Shown: positions 25,823-35,324, numbered from the stretch's first letter. The stretch is 64,000 bases of DNA from an uncultured Acidobacteriota bacterium (GCA_963824165.1 CAWGOM010000009.1:79972-143971); one strand, 5' to 3'. The notes: generated from the letters alone by a model not told the origin. Numbers and translations: made by a program.

Positions 25823-25893
25823 AAGAGCGCGAAGGGGACGAACCATAACGCTTCGGCCCCGACGGCGCAACCTCCGCATAGAATGCCCGCAGA

Positions 25894-26673
25894 ATGCGCG
25901 GCCAGGACTACACGCTCGATCTCGACCGGCTCCGGCGCGTCGGCTTTCCCGAGGTCGTCCTCGCCCAGGGCAAGACCGCGGAGCAGATCGCCGAGATCTG
26001 CCGCCAGCTCTCCCGCGCGCACGACGTCCTCGTCACCCGCCTCTCGCCCGACCAGTGGGCCGAGGTCGCGGTCACGCCGCTGCCCGGGCGCGCCGACTAC
26101 GACCCGCGCTCGGAGACGCTGCATCTCTCCGTCGGCAAGCCCATGCCCCGCGTCGAGGGCACGGTCGCGATCGTCACCGCCGGCACCTCGGACATGCCCG
26201 TCGCCGCGGAGGCCGGCCGCGCGCTCGAGTACCTCGGGGTCGCCTCGACGATCGTCCCGGACGTCGGGGTCGCCGGCGTCCTGCGCCTCCTGTCGCGGCT
26301 GGAGGAGATCGAGCGCGCGAGCGTCATCCTCGCCGTCGCCGGCATGGAGGCCTCGCTCTTCTCGGTGATCGCCGGCCTCGTCGGCAAGCCGATCATCGCC
26401 GTGCCGACCTCGCGCGGCTACGGCGCCGCGTTCGGCGGCCTCGCCTCGCTCCTGTCCGCCGTCAACTCCTGCGCCAACGGGGTCACGGCGGTCAACATCG
26501 ACTCCGGCTACGCCGCCGCCATGGCGGCCTACCGAATACTCTCGGGAGGGCCTCGCCGATGGGATCGAAAGGAAAACGAGCCGACAGCGCCAAAGAGTAC
26601 GTCCACGCCGCGGGCGTCGGCGTCGACCGCCGGCGGAAAAAAGCGCTCCTCGGCCGGCCGACGACGCCGGTAA
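25894..26673 (+). CDS. larB: LarB-like NCAIR-mutase (PurE)-related protein
   Basis: 259 aa with an AIR-carboxylase-like core (VAIVTAGTSDMPVAAEA ... AVAGMEASL ... PIIAVPTSRGYG). The last about 38 codons overlap the next gene and may not be genuine. Confidence 0.7.
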   Translation: MRGQDYTLDLDRLRRVGFPEVVLAQGKTAEQIAEICRQLSRAHDVLVTRLSPDQWAEVAVTPLPGRADYDPRSETLHLSVGKPMPRVEGTVAIVTAGTSDMPVAAEAGRALEYLGVASTIVPDVGVAGVLRLLSRLEEIERASVILAVAGMEASLFSVIAGLVGKPIIAVPTSRGYGAAFGGLASLLSAVNSCANGVTAVNIDSGYAAAMAAYRILSGGPRRWDRKENEPTAPKSTSTPRASASTAGGKKRSSAGRRRR

Positions 26674-27686
26674 AGATCCGCAAGTCGACCACCGTCTCGC
26701 AGCTACTCGATTCCTACCGCGAGGCCTCGTTCCAGGCCCGGGCGCTCGGCAAGGCCGCGGCGGTCTTCGAGGCCATGCTCCGCGACCGGCAGCGGCCGAC
26801 GATCATGCTCGGGCTCGCCGGCTCGCTCATCGCCGCCGGCATGCGCCAGGTCATCGTCGACCTGATCGAGGAGAACATGGTCGACGTCGTCGTCTCGACC
26901 GGCGCGATCATCTCGCAGGACTACTACCAGGTCCTCGGCGGCCGCCACTACCACGGCCACGCCGACGCCGACGACAAGGAGCTGCGCGACCTCTACATCG
27001 ACCGGCTCTACGACACCTTCATCGACGAGGAGAAGTACTGGGCGACCGACCTGGCGGTCTCGCGCTTCGCCGACTCGCTCTCCGGCCAGTCCATGTCCTC
27101 GCGCCAGTTCCTGGCGCTGCTGGCCCAGAAGGCGAAGAAGGACCGGGGGTCGATCCTCGGCGCCTGCGCGCGCCGCGGCGTGCCTCTCTTCGTGCCGGCC
27201 CTGAACGACTCGTCGATCGGCATCGGCCTCACCGAGCACTACCACCGGGCGCGGAAGGCCGGACGGACGCCGTTTCGCATCAGCTCGATCGCCGACAACT
27301 ACGAGCTCACGCAGATCGTCGTGAAGAGCCCGGCGACGGCGGCCGTCTATGTCTCCGGCGGCGTCCCGAAGAACTACATCAACGACTCGATCGTGATGTC
27401 CTACATCTTCGGCCTCGACACCGGCGGCCACAAGTACGCGCTGCAGATCACGACCGACGCGCCGCACTGGGGCGGCCTCGGCGGCTCGACCCTGTCGGAG
27501 GCGACCTCGTGGGGCAAGGTCTCGAAGAAGGCCACCCACGAGATGGCGTTCATCGAGACCTCGGTCGCGCTGCCGCTCCTGTACGGCTATGCATTCCAGA
27601 AGAACGCGGCGCGCGGACGAAAGCGCCTCTCCTACGCGTGGAACGGCGACATCTTGAAGTCGCTCAAGCGGGTCCGAGCCCTATAA
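26559..27686 (+). CDS. deoxyhypusine synthase family protein (bacterial DHS/homospermidine-synthase-like)
   Basis: ATG at 26559 follows GGGAGGG. 375 aa with GLAGSLIAAGMR, VDVVVSTGA and GGGVPKNY-like (SGGVPKNY) blocks typical of DHS. Confidence 0.8.
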   Translation: MGSKGKRADSAKEYVHAAGVGVDRRRKKALLGRPTTPVKIRKSTTVSQLLDSYREASFQARALGKAAAVFEAMLRDRQRPTIMLGLAGSLIAAGMRQVIVDLIEENMVDVVVSTGAIISQDYYQVLGGRHYHGHADADDKELRDLYIDRLYDTFIDEEKYWATDLAVSRFADSLSGQSMSSRQFLALLAQKAKKDRGSILGACARRGVPLFVPALNDSSIGIGLTEHYHRARKAGRTPFRISSIADNYELTQIVVKSPATAAVYVSGGVPKNYINDSIVMSYIFGLDTGGHKYALQITTDAPHWGGLGGSTLSEATSWGKVSKKATHEMAFIETSVALPLLYGYAFQKNAARGRKRLSYAWNGDILKSLKRVRAL

Positions 27687-27708
27687 TTGAGTCGACAGCG
27701 GAGGACCG

Positions 27709-27939
27709 GTGGAAGCCTTGGATCGCATCACGACGAGCCCGGAGGTCATGGGCGGCAAGCCCTGCATCCGCGGAATGCGAGTGACCGTGGGGATGGTCGT
27801 CGGCCTCGTGGCGGCGGGGAAAACGGCGGCTGACATTCGAGCGCTGTACCCCTACCTTGAAGACGACGACATCCGTCAGGCCCTGACATATGCGGCTTGG
27901 CGCGCCGAAGAGATCGAGCTTCCGCTGACGAGCGGGTGA
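27709..27939 (+). CDS. DUF433 domain protein (antitoxin-like HTH)
   Basis: 76 aa. ITTSPEVMGGKPCIRGMRVTV is the DUF433 signature. Confidence 0.8.
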   Translation: MEALDRITTSPEVMGGKPCIRGMRVTVGMVVGLVAAGKTAADIRALYPYLEDDDIRQALTYAAWRAEEIELPLTSG

Positions 27940-28307
27940 AGGTCCTCCTCGACATGAACCTGTCGCCCGCCTGGGTCGACACCCTCCGGCAAGCGGGCTT
28001 CGAGGCCCTCCACTGGTCTTCGGTAGGCGATCCCCGAGCGACGGATCGAGAGATCCTGGACTGGGCCGCCGGCCACGGGTCGATTCTCATCACCCATGAC
28101 CTCGACTTCGGGGCCATTCTCGCCGCCCGGGGTTCGACTCGGCCAAGCGTGCTTCAACTGCGCGCGCGGGACGTGACTCCGACGCGCCTGGGCGCCGTCG
28201 TTTCTCGAGCCCTGGAGGATTATCGAATCCATCTCGAACGAGGAGCCCTGATCTCTGTCGACGAGACGACCCTGCGGGCGAGAATCCTCCCTCTGGGAGC
28301 AAGATGA
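27936..28307 (+). CDS. DUF5615 family PIN-like protein (toxin-like)
   Basis: GTG at 27936 overlaps the DUF433 stop (GTGA). VKVLLDMNLSP..., DREILDWAA..G.ILITHDLDFG is typical of Mut7-C/DUF5615 PIN-like partners of DUF433. Confidence 0.7.
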   Translation: MKVLLDMNLSPAWVDTLRQAGFEALHWSSVGDPRATDREILDWAAGHGSILITHDLDFGAILAARGSTRPSVLQLRARDVTPTRLGAVVSRALEDYRIHLERGALISVDETTLRARILPLGAR

Positions 28308-28885
28308 TCTCCCTCGGCCGCGTCGTCCGCCTGCAGGTCCAGACCGGGAGCCTGAAGCTCGGCGAGCGGCCGAACCGCGTCTACGATCCCGGCCCCCTCC
28401 TGCCCGTGACGGAGCTCCTGCTCACGCCCCGGGGCGCCGCGGGCGCGACGGCGCACGGCGAGGTCGTCTTCGACGTCCACCACGCGGACCATCCCGCCTC
28501 GAAGGCCGAGCCCGGCCGCGAGGTGTCCTTCGGCTTCACCAGCCACTACGGGAAGATGCGGGAGCGCTTCGGGGAGCGCGTCGCGCCCGGTTGCGCGGGC
28601 GAGAACATCCTGATCGAGGCCGAGCGCGTGCACCGGCTCGAAGATTTCGCCCGCGGGCTCGCCTTCCGGAGCGCCTCGACCGGCGCGCTCGTCAGGCTCG
28701 CGGTGGTCTCGGTCGCCGACCCCTGCGTCGAGTTCTCGCGCTTCACCCTCGCTGAGCCGCAGGCCTCGCCGCAGGACCTGAAGCCCGTTCTGCAGTTCCT
28801 GGGCGACGGGATGCGTGGCTACTGCTTCACGCCCTCCGGCGACTTCACGCTGCGGCCGGGTGACGAGCTCGTGGCGGCCAGATAG
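28304..28885 (+). CDS. MOSC-like domain protein
   Basis: 193 aa. PGCAGENILIE ... VADPCVEF resembles the MOSC beta-barrel GEN..PC pattern. The start overlaps the previous stop. Confidence 0.5.
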   Translation: MISLGRVVRLQVQTGSLKLGERPNRVYDPGPLLPVTELLLTPRGAAGATAHGEVVFDVHHADHPASKAEPGREVSFGFTSHYGKMRERFGERVAPGCAGENILIEAERVHRLEDFARGLAFRSASTGALVRLAVVSVADPCVEFSRFTLAEPQASPQDLKPVLQFLGDGMRGYCFTPSGDFTLRPGDELVAAR

Positions 28886-28890
28886 CCGCC

Positions 28891-29505
28891 GTGCGAGTCA
28901 TCACGCGGATCGTCCCCTGGGCCCTGGCCCTCTTTTTCGCCGCCGCGAGCGCAGCGTTGATCGTGCGCCTCGCGACGACCGTCCGCGAATCCCGGCGCGT
29001 GGACGCGGCCCCGGTCGTCGACGCGATGCGAAAGATCGCGCAGCTGGCGACCGTCGAGGCCCAGATCACCGACGTTCTGCGCTTCGAGGAAGTAAAGACG
29101 TTTCTCATCTTCGACTTCCCCAAGACGGCGACCATCCGGATGCGCGGCAAGGCCATCGCAGGCTTCGACCTCACGTCGCCGGATTTTCACGTGCGGCCCG
29201 ACGCGGAGAAGCGGCTGCTGAAGGTGGACCTGCCGCCGCCCCGCATCCTCGCCATCGACCCGCGCCTCGAGTGGTTCGACGAGGACGGCGGCCTCTTCAA
29301 CCCGATCACGCCGCAGGACCGCACGCGCTGGATGCTGTGGGCCCGCGGCCAGCTCGCCCGCGCCGCGAAGGACTCGGGCATCGAGGCCCGGGCCGTCGAG
29401 CACGCGCGGGAGCTGCTCACGACCGCCGGCGCCGCGCTGGGATGGTCCGTCGAAGTGACGGCAGGGAAGATCGGGGCGAGCGCGACGCCGGTGCCGACGC
29501 CGTAG
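28891..29505 (+). CDS. DUF4230 domain membrane-anchored protein
   Basis: 204 aa with an N-terminal TM. IAQLATVEAQITDV..F......TATIRMRGKAIAGFDL is DUF4230-like. Confidence 0.65.
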   Translation: MRVITRIVPWALALFFAAASAALIVRLATTVRESRRVDAAPVVDAMRKIAQLATVEAQITDVLRFEEVKTFLIFDFPKTATIRMRGKAIAGFDLTSPDFHVRPDAEKRLLKVDLPPPRILAIDPRLEWFDEDGGLFNPITPQDRTRWMLWARGQLARAAKDSGIEARAVEHARELLTTAGAALGWSVEVTAGKIGASATPVPTP

Positions 29506-29517
29506 CTTCGCCTCCCG

Positions 29518-29550
29518 CAAAAACGAAAACGCCCCGGTTGCCCGGGGCGT
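29518..29550 (-). terminator. intrinsic terminator (bidirectional hairpin) between convergent genes
   Basis: Stem ACGCCCCGG/CCGGGGCGT. On the minus strand it is followed by TTTTCGTTTTTG. Confidence 0.6.
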
Positions 29551-29573
29551 TGGAGAATCGGGTCGAACGGGAA

Positions 29574-30622
29574 CTAGAGCGCTTCGCCCTTCAGCGGGAT
29601 TTCGATGACGCCTTTGTCCTTGTCGGTCGTGTGGAGCGTGACCTTGCCGTCGACCGCCCCCTTCTTGACCTTGTCGGAGGCCTTGACGACGACCGTGTAG
29701 GAGACGCCCTCCTGGGTCGGAACCACGTCGGTGACGAAGCCCGGCACGCTGACCTCGGCCTTGGTGACCTTGACCGGCGTTCCCGGCTTGTTGTTGGTCA
29801 CGACGATGTTGCGCGTGATCGGGTCCTTGCCCGCGGTGAAGTTGCCGAAGTTGACGGTGATCGGCGACACCGAGACGCGCGGCCGGACGATGCCCGAGAC
29901 CGGGATCTCGAGGGTCGGCTGCTGCTGGACGCCGGTCGTGATGCGCACCGGGGCGTTCAGGAGCCCCTCGGGCGCGTCCGCCAGGACGGAGACGTTCAAC
30001 TTGTACTGCTCGCCCGGGCGCCCGGCGATCTTGTCCTTGTCGCCGGCCGGCGAAACCTCGGCCTTGACGTAGGCCTGCGCCGTCTCGGCGACGGTCGGCT
30101 TGAAGCCCTTCTCCTCGGAGATGAGGATCACGTCCTGCGAGGCCGCGTCGCCCTTGACGACCGAGAAGCGCACGTACTGCTGCGGCGCCACGTCGACGAA
30201 CGGCTTGACGAGCGCCTTGACGAAGAGGTTCATCTGCGGGCGGTCGGGGTCGTTGGAGACGACGAGCACGGACTTGGAGATCGGTCCGGCGAAGCTCTTG
30301 GTGTCGACACTGGTGTGGACCTTGCCCTCGGCGCCGGGCTTGATCACCTTGTCGAAGGAGGAGACGGTGCAGCCGCAGGACGGGCGGGCGTCCGAGATGA
30401 TCAGGTCCGAGCCGCCGGTGTTCTTGATCACGAAGTCGGCCTCGATGACCTGGCCCTTGGGGACCGTCCCCATGTCCTTGGTCTCCTGGACGATGTCGAT
30501 CTTGGGGGCGGCGACGGCCTTGGCGGCCGCCTGGGCGCGGCGGGCTCGGCGGGCTTCTGGGCCAGGGCGATCCCGGCCGTCAGGAGCGCGGCAACGGAGA
30601 GCCGGCCGATTTTCAGAGACAT
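29574..30622 (-). CDS. secreted multi-domain DUF1573 protein, frame disrupted near 30536-30541
   Basis: The body (track ORF 29574-30629) has the DUF1573 signature NTGGSDLIISDARPSCGCT. A textbook signal peptide MSLKIGRLSVAALLTAGIALAQ starts at 30622 but is in another frame (track ORF 30428-30622). Confidence 0.65.
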
Positions 30623-30732
30623 GACGCATCTTCAGTTTCCTCCTGTATTTCGGGATGCCGAAGCGCTGAAACCCGCGGGATTTCGGGGTTATTTCCGAAA
30701 ACCCTTCAATTAGACCAGACTCCCCGGGTCAG

Positions 30733-32134
30733 ATGTCGGAAAACCGCCGCTTTCACTTCGTGCCCATCGGGGGCACGGCCATGGTCCCCCTGGCGGCCCT
30801 CCTGCTCGAGGAGGGCCATCGGGTCACCGGCAGCGACCGGGCCCTCTACCCGCCCATGTCCACGACGCTCGAGCGGCTGGGGATCCCGGTTTCCGAGGGG
30901 TTCGCTCCCGAGCATCTCCCGGCCGACACGGACGTCGTCGTCGTCGGCAACGCTGCCCTGCGCGACAACGTCGAGGCCGCCGAAGCGGCTCGCCGGGGCC
31001 TGCCTGTCCTCTCCCTGCCACAGGCGGTCCGCCAGTACCTCCTGCCGGGAAAGACGTCCGTCGTCGTCACCGGGAACGCACGGCAAGACGACGACCTCGG
31101 CCCTGACGGCCTGGCTTCTGCTCGACTCCGGGCGCGATCCGGGCTTCATCGTCGGCGGCCAGATGCAGAACCTCGGCCGCGGGTACCGGCGGGGCCGGGG
31201 GCCGCACTTCGTCCTCGAGGGCGACGAGTACAACGCGGCCTTCTTCGACCGCGGACCGAAGTTTCTCCACTACGAGCCGAAGCACCTCTTCGTCGGCAAC
31301 ATCGAGTTCGACCACGCGGACCTCTACCCGGACCTGCCTGCGGTGATCGAGGCGTTCCGAAAGGTCGTCGGCCTCGTCCCCGAGGACGGTGCCGTCGTCG
31401 TCAACGCCGACGATCCGCGCGTCGTCGACGTGGCGGCGAGCTCGCGAGCGCCGGTCGTTCGCGTTTCGCTCGAGGACCCCGGCGCCGACTTCTCCGCCCG
31501 CGACATCGTCTTCGGGCCGGAGGGGACCGCGTTCACGCTCCTCGAGGCGGGCCTTCCCACGACCCGGCTCTCCTCGCCGTTGAACGGCCTTCACAACGTC
31601 CGCAACGCCCTCGGGGCGATCGCCCTCGTGCGCGGGCTCGGCCTCTCCGACACCGAGATCGCCCGGGCCCTGCCGCGCTTCGGAGGCGTCAAGCGCCGCC
31701 TCGAGGTCAAGGGCGAGAAGAACGGCATCCTCGTCGTCGACGACTTCGCCCATCACCCCACCGCCGTGGCGGGCACGCTCCAGGCCGCGCGCGCCCGGTT
31801 TCCCGGCCGCCGGATCTGGGCCCTCTTCGAGCCGCGCTCGAACACGGCGGGCCGCAAGATGTTCGAAGAGGAGTACGCCGGGGCCTTCGCCGCCGCCGAC
31901 GCCCTCGTCGTCGGCCCCGTGTTCCACGCGCAGCGCCTCGGCCCGGACAACCAGATCGACCGCGCGGCGCTCGTGCGCCGGTTCGCCGCCGGCGGACGGC
32001 CCGCCTTCGCGCCCGACGCGAACGACGAGATCCCCGGGATCCTCCGCCGCGAGGCGCGCCCGGGGGACGTCCTGCTTCTGATGTCCTCGGGCGCCTTCGG
32101 AGGACTGCCCGAGACGCTGCTCGATCGGCTGTGA
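30733..32134 (+). CDS. mpl: UDP-N-acetylmuramate:L-Ala-gamma-D-Glu-meso-DAP ligase (Mpl), frame disrupted near 31072-31076
   Basis: The N-terminus FHFVPIGGTAMVPLAALL..G..V.GSD reads up to VVVTG. The P-loop THGKTTTSALTAWLL continues in the +1 frame into track ORF 31163-32134 (EGDEYN..., NV.NAL.A, DDFAHHP). Confidence 0.85.
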
Positions 32135-33717
32135 GCCGCCGCGGGATCTTCGCCGCTTTCCTGGGAGCGGCGGGACTCGCCCTCTACCTGTGGCCCGCGC
32201 TCTACGCGCCGGTCGTGCTCTGGTCCGACAGCGAGATCGACCTCGGCTGGGCGAGGGCGGGCGCGGGAATTCTCGCTGCCGCCGGAACGCACGACCACCC
32301 GGCCAAGCCGGGGTACCTGCTCTTCCTGCGCGCGGCCCTCGCCCTGGGAGGCGGATCGCCGCGGGGCGTCGTCGTCGTGCAGTCCCTTCTGCTCGTCGCG
32401 GTGATCGGCGCCGCCTCGCTGGTCGTTGGTCGCCGATTCGGGTTTCCCTGCGGCGCCGCCGTCTTCCTGGTCGAGACGTTCTTTCTGCGCACGCGCGACG
32501 CGGCGAGCTCGGTCATGAGCGAGCCCCTCGCCGCCGCGCTCTTTCTTCTCGTGGTCGCGGTCCTCCTCGAGCCCCCGCGCCGCACCGCGGCCCTCGCCGC
32601 CTGCGGCCTCGCGTTGGGCTTTCTTTTTCTCGTGCGCCCCAACGTCGGCGTGATCGCCGCGGCACTCGCCGCCGCGCGGATGACGCTCGACCGCCGGTGG
32701 CGCGGGCTCTTCGCGCTCGGCTTCCCGGCCGCGGCACTCGTTCTGCCCGTGTGGCTCGCCACCTCCCCCGGCCCGGGCGGAACGCCTCGCGATCTCGCGT
32801 ACACGCTGCGCGAAGCCCGCGCGGACGATCTCTGGATCCCCGCGCCCGGCGCTGCGATCCCGACGTCGGTCATCTCGGGTGGCGGCTCCGACGCAACGCG
32901 GCAGGTGGTCTGGCGGCTGACCCACGGCCTTCTCGGCACCGAGTACTACGACGCGAGGTGGTCCGAGCCCTATCGAGCGGCGACCACGTTCTCGCGGCTC
33001 GCGACGCCATTCCTGATCCTCGGCGCGATCGCCCTTCTTCTCGTCGCGCCGGCGCGCAGCCGGCCCGTCCGGGCGATGGGGTTGATTCTGGTCGCACTCA
33101 TCGTCGCTCAAAGCCTCGTCCTCGGCTCGCTGCCTCGCTACGGCCTGCCGCTGCTACCGGGACTCCTCGCGCTCGGAACCTGCGCCGCGTTCGGCCTGCG
33201 GGGGTCGGGGCGCTGGCGGCCGGCGGCCGCGATCGTCCTCGTCGGCGCGGCGATCCTGCTGCTGCGACGCCAACCCTCCGGCCTCGCATGGGAGTGGGGG
33301 CGGATCGAAGCCGCCGGCGTCTCGATAACGCAGCCGCTGCCGCGAGGGTCGCTTCCGGCGAATCCGCCGGCGACCCTGCACGTTCGGATCGCGCCGCCGC
33401 TCGTCCCGACGGGCGCGGGGCTCGAGGTCCGGTCCGCCGACGGCGCGATCCTCTACGCCTCGCCCGGGGACGGCGGGAGAGACCGCCCGGAGATCGCGGT
33501 GCCGCTGCCCCAGACGCTGCTCGACGCCAACCGGCGCGGCACGGTCGCGATCACGCTCGTCTCGACGGGCGCCTACGGCGCGACCGATCATCTGCTGTTT
33601 CCCGTCGTGCCGTTCCCGTGGCGAGCGCCGGCCACGCGAGAGCCGGGCGGGGACCTCTCGCCCTCGACCGGAATCGCCTCCGGCGGTCTCGACTGGTGGG
33701 CGCGCGCCGGGCGCTAG
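32131..33717 (+). CDS. polytopic membrane protein (GT39/ArnT-like glycosyltransferase candidate)
   Basis: GTG at 32131 overlaps the mpl stop (GTGA). 528 aa with at least 9 hydrophobic helices and a soluble C-terminal domain. No firm motif. Confidence 0.5.
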   Translation: MSRRGIFAAFLGAAGLALYLWPALYAPVVLWSDSEIDLGWARAGAGILAAAGTHDHPAKPGYLLFLRAALALGGGSPRGVVVVQSLLLVAVIGAASLVVGRRFGFPCGAAVFLVETFFLRTRDAASSVMSEPLAAALFLLVVAVLLEPPRRTAALAACGLALGFLFLVRPNVGVIAAALAAARMTLDRRWRGLFALGFPAAALVLPVWLATSPGPGGTPRDLAYTLREARADDLWIPAPGAAIPTSVISGGGSDATRQVVWRLTHGLLGTEYYDARWSEPYRAATTFSRLATPFLILGAIALLLVAPARSRPVRAMGLILVALIVAQSLVLGSLPRYGLPLLPGLLALGTCAAFGLRGSGRWRPAAAIVLVGAAILLLRRQPSGLAWEWGRIEAAGVSITQPLPRGSLPANPPATLHVRIAPPLVPTGAGLEVRSADGAILYASPGDGGRDRPEIAVPLPQTLLDANRRGTVAITLVSTGAYGATDHLLFPVVPFPWRAPATREPGGDLSPSTGIASGGLDWWARAGR

Positions 33718-34364
33718 GGCGCCGCGACGCGGTTGCGCAGGACGCCGACCCGCTCGATCTCGACCTCGACGACGTCGCCCGGCGACAGCGGCCCGACGCC
33801 GGCGGGAGTTCCGGTCAGGATGAGGTCGCCCGGCATCAGGGTCATCATCCGAGAGACGTAGGCGACGAGGAAGGCGGGCGAGAAGACCATCGCCGAAGTG
33901 CGAGAGGACTGCTTCACGACACCGTTGTGGCGGGTCTCGATCGCGAGATCCGACGGGTCGACGCCCGGCACGATCGCCGGACCGACGGGGCAGAACGTGT
34001 CGAAGGACTTCGAGCGCGCGAACTGCTTGTCCTTCTTCTGGAGGTCGCGGGCGGTGACGTCGTTGGCGCAGCAGACGCCCGCGAGCGCCTCGAGCCAGCG
34101 CTCCTGCGGCCAGGACTTGATGCGGCGGCCGATGACGAGCGCGAGCTCGCCCTCGTAGTCCACGCGCTCCGACTCGGGCGGCAGCACGATGTCGCCGCCG
34201 TCGAAGACGAGCGCCGAAGGCGCCTTCAGGAAGAGGAGCGGCTCGTCCTCGGGCGCGGCGCCGCCGAATTCCGCCGCGTGCTCGCGGTAGTTCTTGCCGA
34301 CGGCGACGATCTTGGACGGGAAGGGCGGAGCGCCGGGAGAGCCGAAGGCGACGGTCGCGCTCAC
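33714..34364 (-). CDS. fumarylacetoacetate hydrolase (FAH) family protein
   Basis: GTG at 34364 overlaps the dapF stop. KIVAVGKNYREHA, DYEGELALVIG and PGDLILTGTPAGVG are hallmark FAH motifs. Confidence 0.85.
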   Translation of the reverse strand: MSATVAFGSPGAPPFPSKIVAVGKNYREHAAEFGGAAPEDEPLLFLKAPSALVFDGGDIVLPPESERVDYEGELALVIGRRIKSWPQERWLEALAGVCCANDVTARDLQKKDKQFARSKSFDTFCPVGPAIVPGVDPSDLAIETRHNGVVKQSSRTSAMVFSPAFLVAYVSRMMTLMPGDLILTGTPAGVGPLSPGDVVEVEIERVGVLRNRVAAP

Positions 34365-35191
34365 GCCTGCCACGCCTCCTCGAGGAGCTCGCCGGCGTAG
34401 ACCTCGCGAGCGTCGCCCGTCAGGCGCACGCTCGTGAAATTGTCCTTCTCGTCGGAGAACTCGACCGTCAGGTCGACGCCGCTCTTCGTCTCGCAGACGA
34501 CGGGCGAGACGGCGAGGCCCTGGCGGCCGGCCACGATCGCCGCGGCGACGACACCCGAGCCGCACGAGAGCGTCTCGCCTTCGACGCCCCGCTCCCAGGT
34601 CCGCACCTGGATGCGGTTGTCCTTGCCCCCGCGCACGAAGTTGGCGTTGGCGCCCTCGGGCATCGCGGGATGGTGCCGCACGAGCGGCCCCAGCCGCTCG
34701 ATGTCCATCTTCGAGAGATCCCCGCGCATGAAGACGACGAGGTGAGGAACGCCGATCTTCATCGGAATCGCGGTGGGAGGAAGGCCCTTCCCCGAGATCG
34801 GGACCGGATCGGAGGGCGCCGGGACGGTCGGAAGCGCGAGCGTGACGCTCTCGCCGTCGACGCGGGCCGCGATCGGGCCCCAGCCCGTCTCGAGGACGAG
34901 GCTCGGCCCCGAGGCCAGGCCGTGGCGAACCGCGTAGCGCGCGGCACAGCGCGTGCCGTTGGCGCAGAAGGTGGCGGGCCCGCCGTCGGAATTCAGGTAG
35001 TCGACGCGAACGCGGCCGGGCCCGTCGGGCGTCAGGAAGAGCGCGCCATCGGCCCCGACCGAGAGCCCGCGGCGGCAGACGAGCGCGAGGCGCCGCCGAT
35101 CCTCGTCGGCGAGCGAGCGGCCGTCGGCCTGGAAGACCAGGAAGTCGTTCCCGCCGCCGGCCATCTTGACGAACTTCGAGGGTAGGGACAT
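34361..35191 (-). CDS. dapF: diaminopimelate epimerase
   Basis: 276 aa. KMAGGGNDFLVF, FCANGTRCAA and SCGSGVVAAA supply the two catalytic Cys motifs. Confidence 0.9.
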   Translation of the reverse strand: MSLPSKFVKMAGGGNDFLVFQADGRSLADEDRRRLALVCRRGLSVGADGALFLTPDGPGRVRVDYLNSDGGPATFCANGTRCAARYAVRHGLASGPSLVLETGWGPIAARVDGESVTLALPTVPAPSDPVPISGKGLPPTAIPMKIGVPHLVVFMRGDLSKMDIERLGPLVRHHPAMPEGANANFVRGGKDNRIQVRTWERGVEGETLSCGSGVVAAAIVAGRQGLAVSPVVCETKSGVDLTVEFSDEKDNFTSVRLTGDAREVYAGELLEEAWQA

Positions 35192-35237
35192 GGGAGCGGG
35201 AGTGTAAACGATGACTGAAGCGTCCGAGCCCCGGTTC

Positions 35238-35289
35238 GTAGGGGCGGGGCTTGCCCCCGCCCGAGGGCGGCCACAAGGGCCGCCCCTAC
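35238..35289. repeat. GC hairpin family B, copy 2
   Basis: GTAGGGGCGGGGCTTGCCCCCGCCCGAGGGCGGCCACAAGGGCCGCCCCTAC has nested inverted repeats, in the intergenic gap between the lipoprotein gene and dapF. Confidence 0.65.
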
Positions 35290-35324
35290 GACCGGAGCCG
35301 GCCCGGATGCCGGAGGCCGATCTC

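Noticed and set aside
23388-25823. 811-aa ORF in another frame of the btuB region
   Set aside because: Its Arg/Pro/Gly-rich translation runs through the riboswitch. The BtuB frame has plug, TonB-box and terminal Phe motifs.
30733-33717. Single 994-aa ORF that looks like a giant fusion protein
   Set aside because: It is a composite. The Mpl N-terminus is followed by about 1 kb of out-of-frame read-through that stays open by chance, and then a separate membrane protein starting at GTG 32131. The real Mpl body is in ORF 31163-32134.
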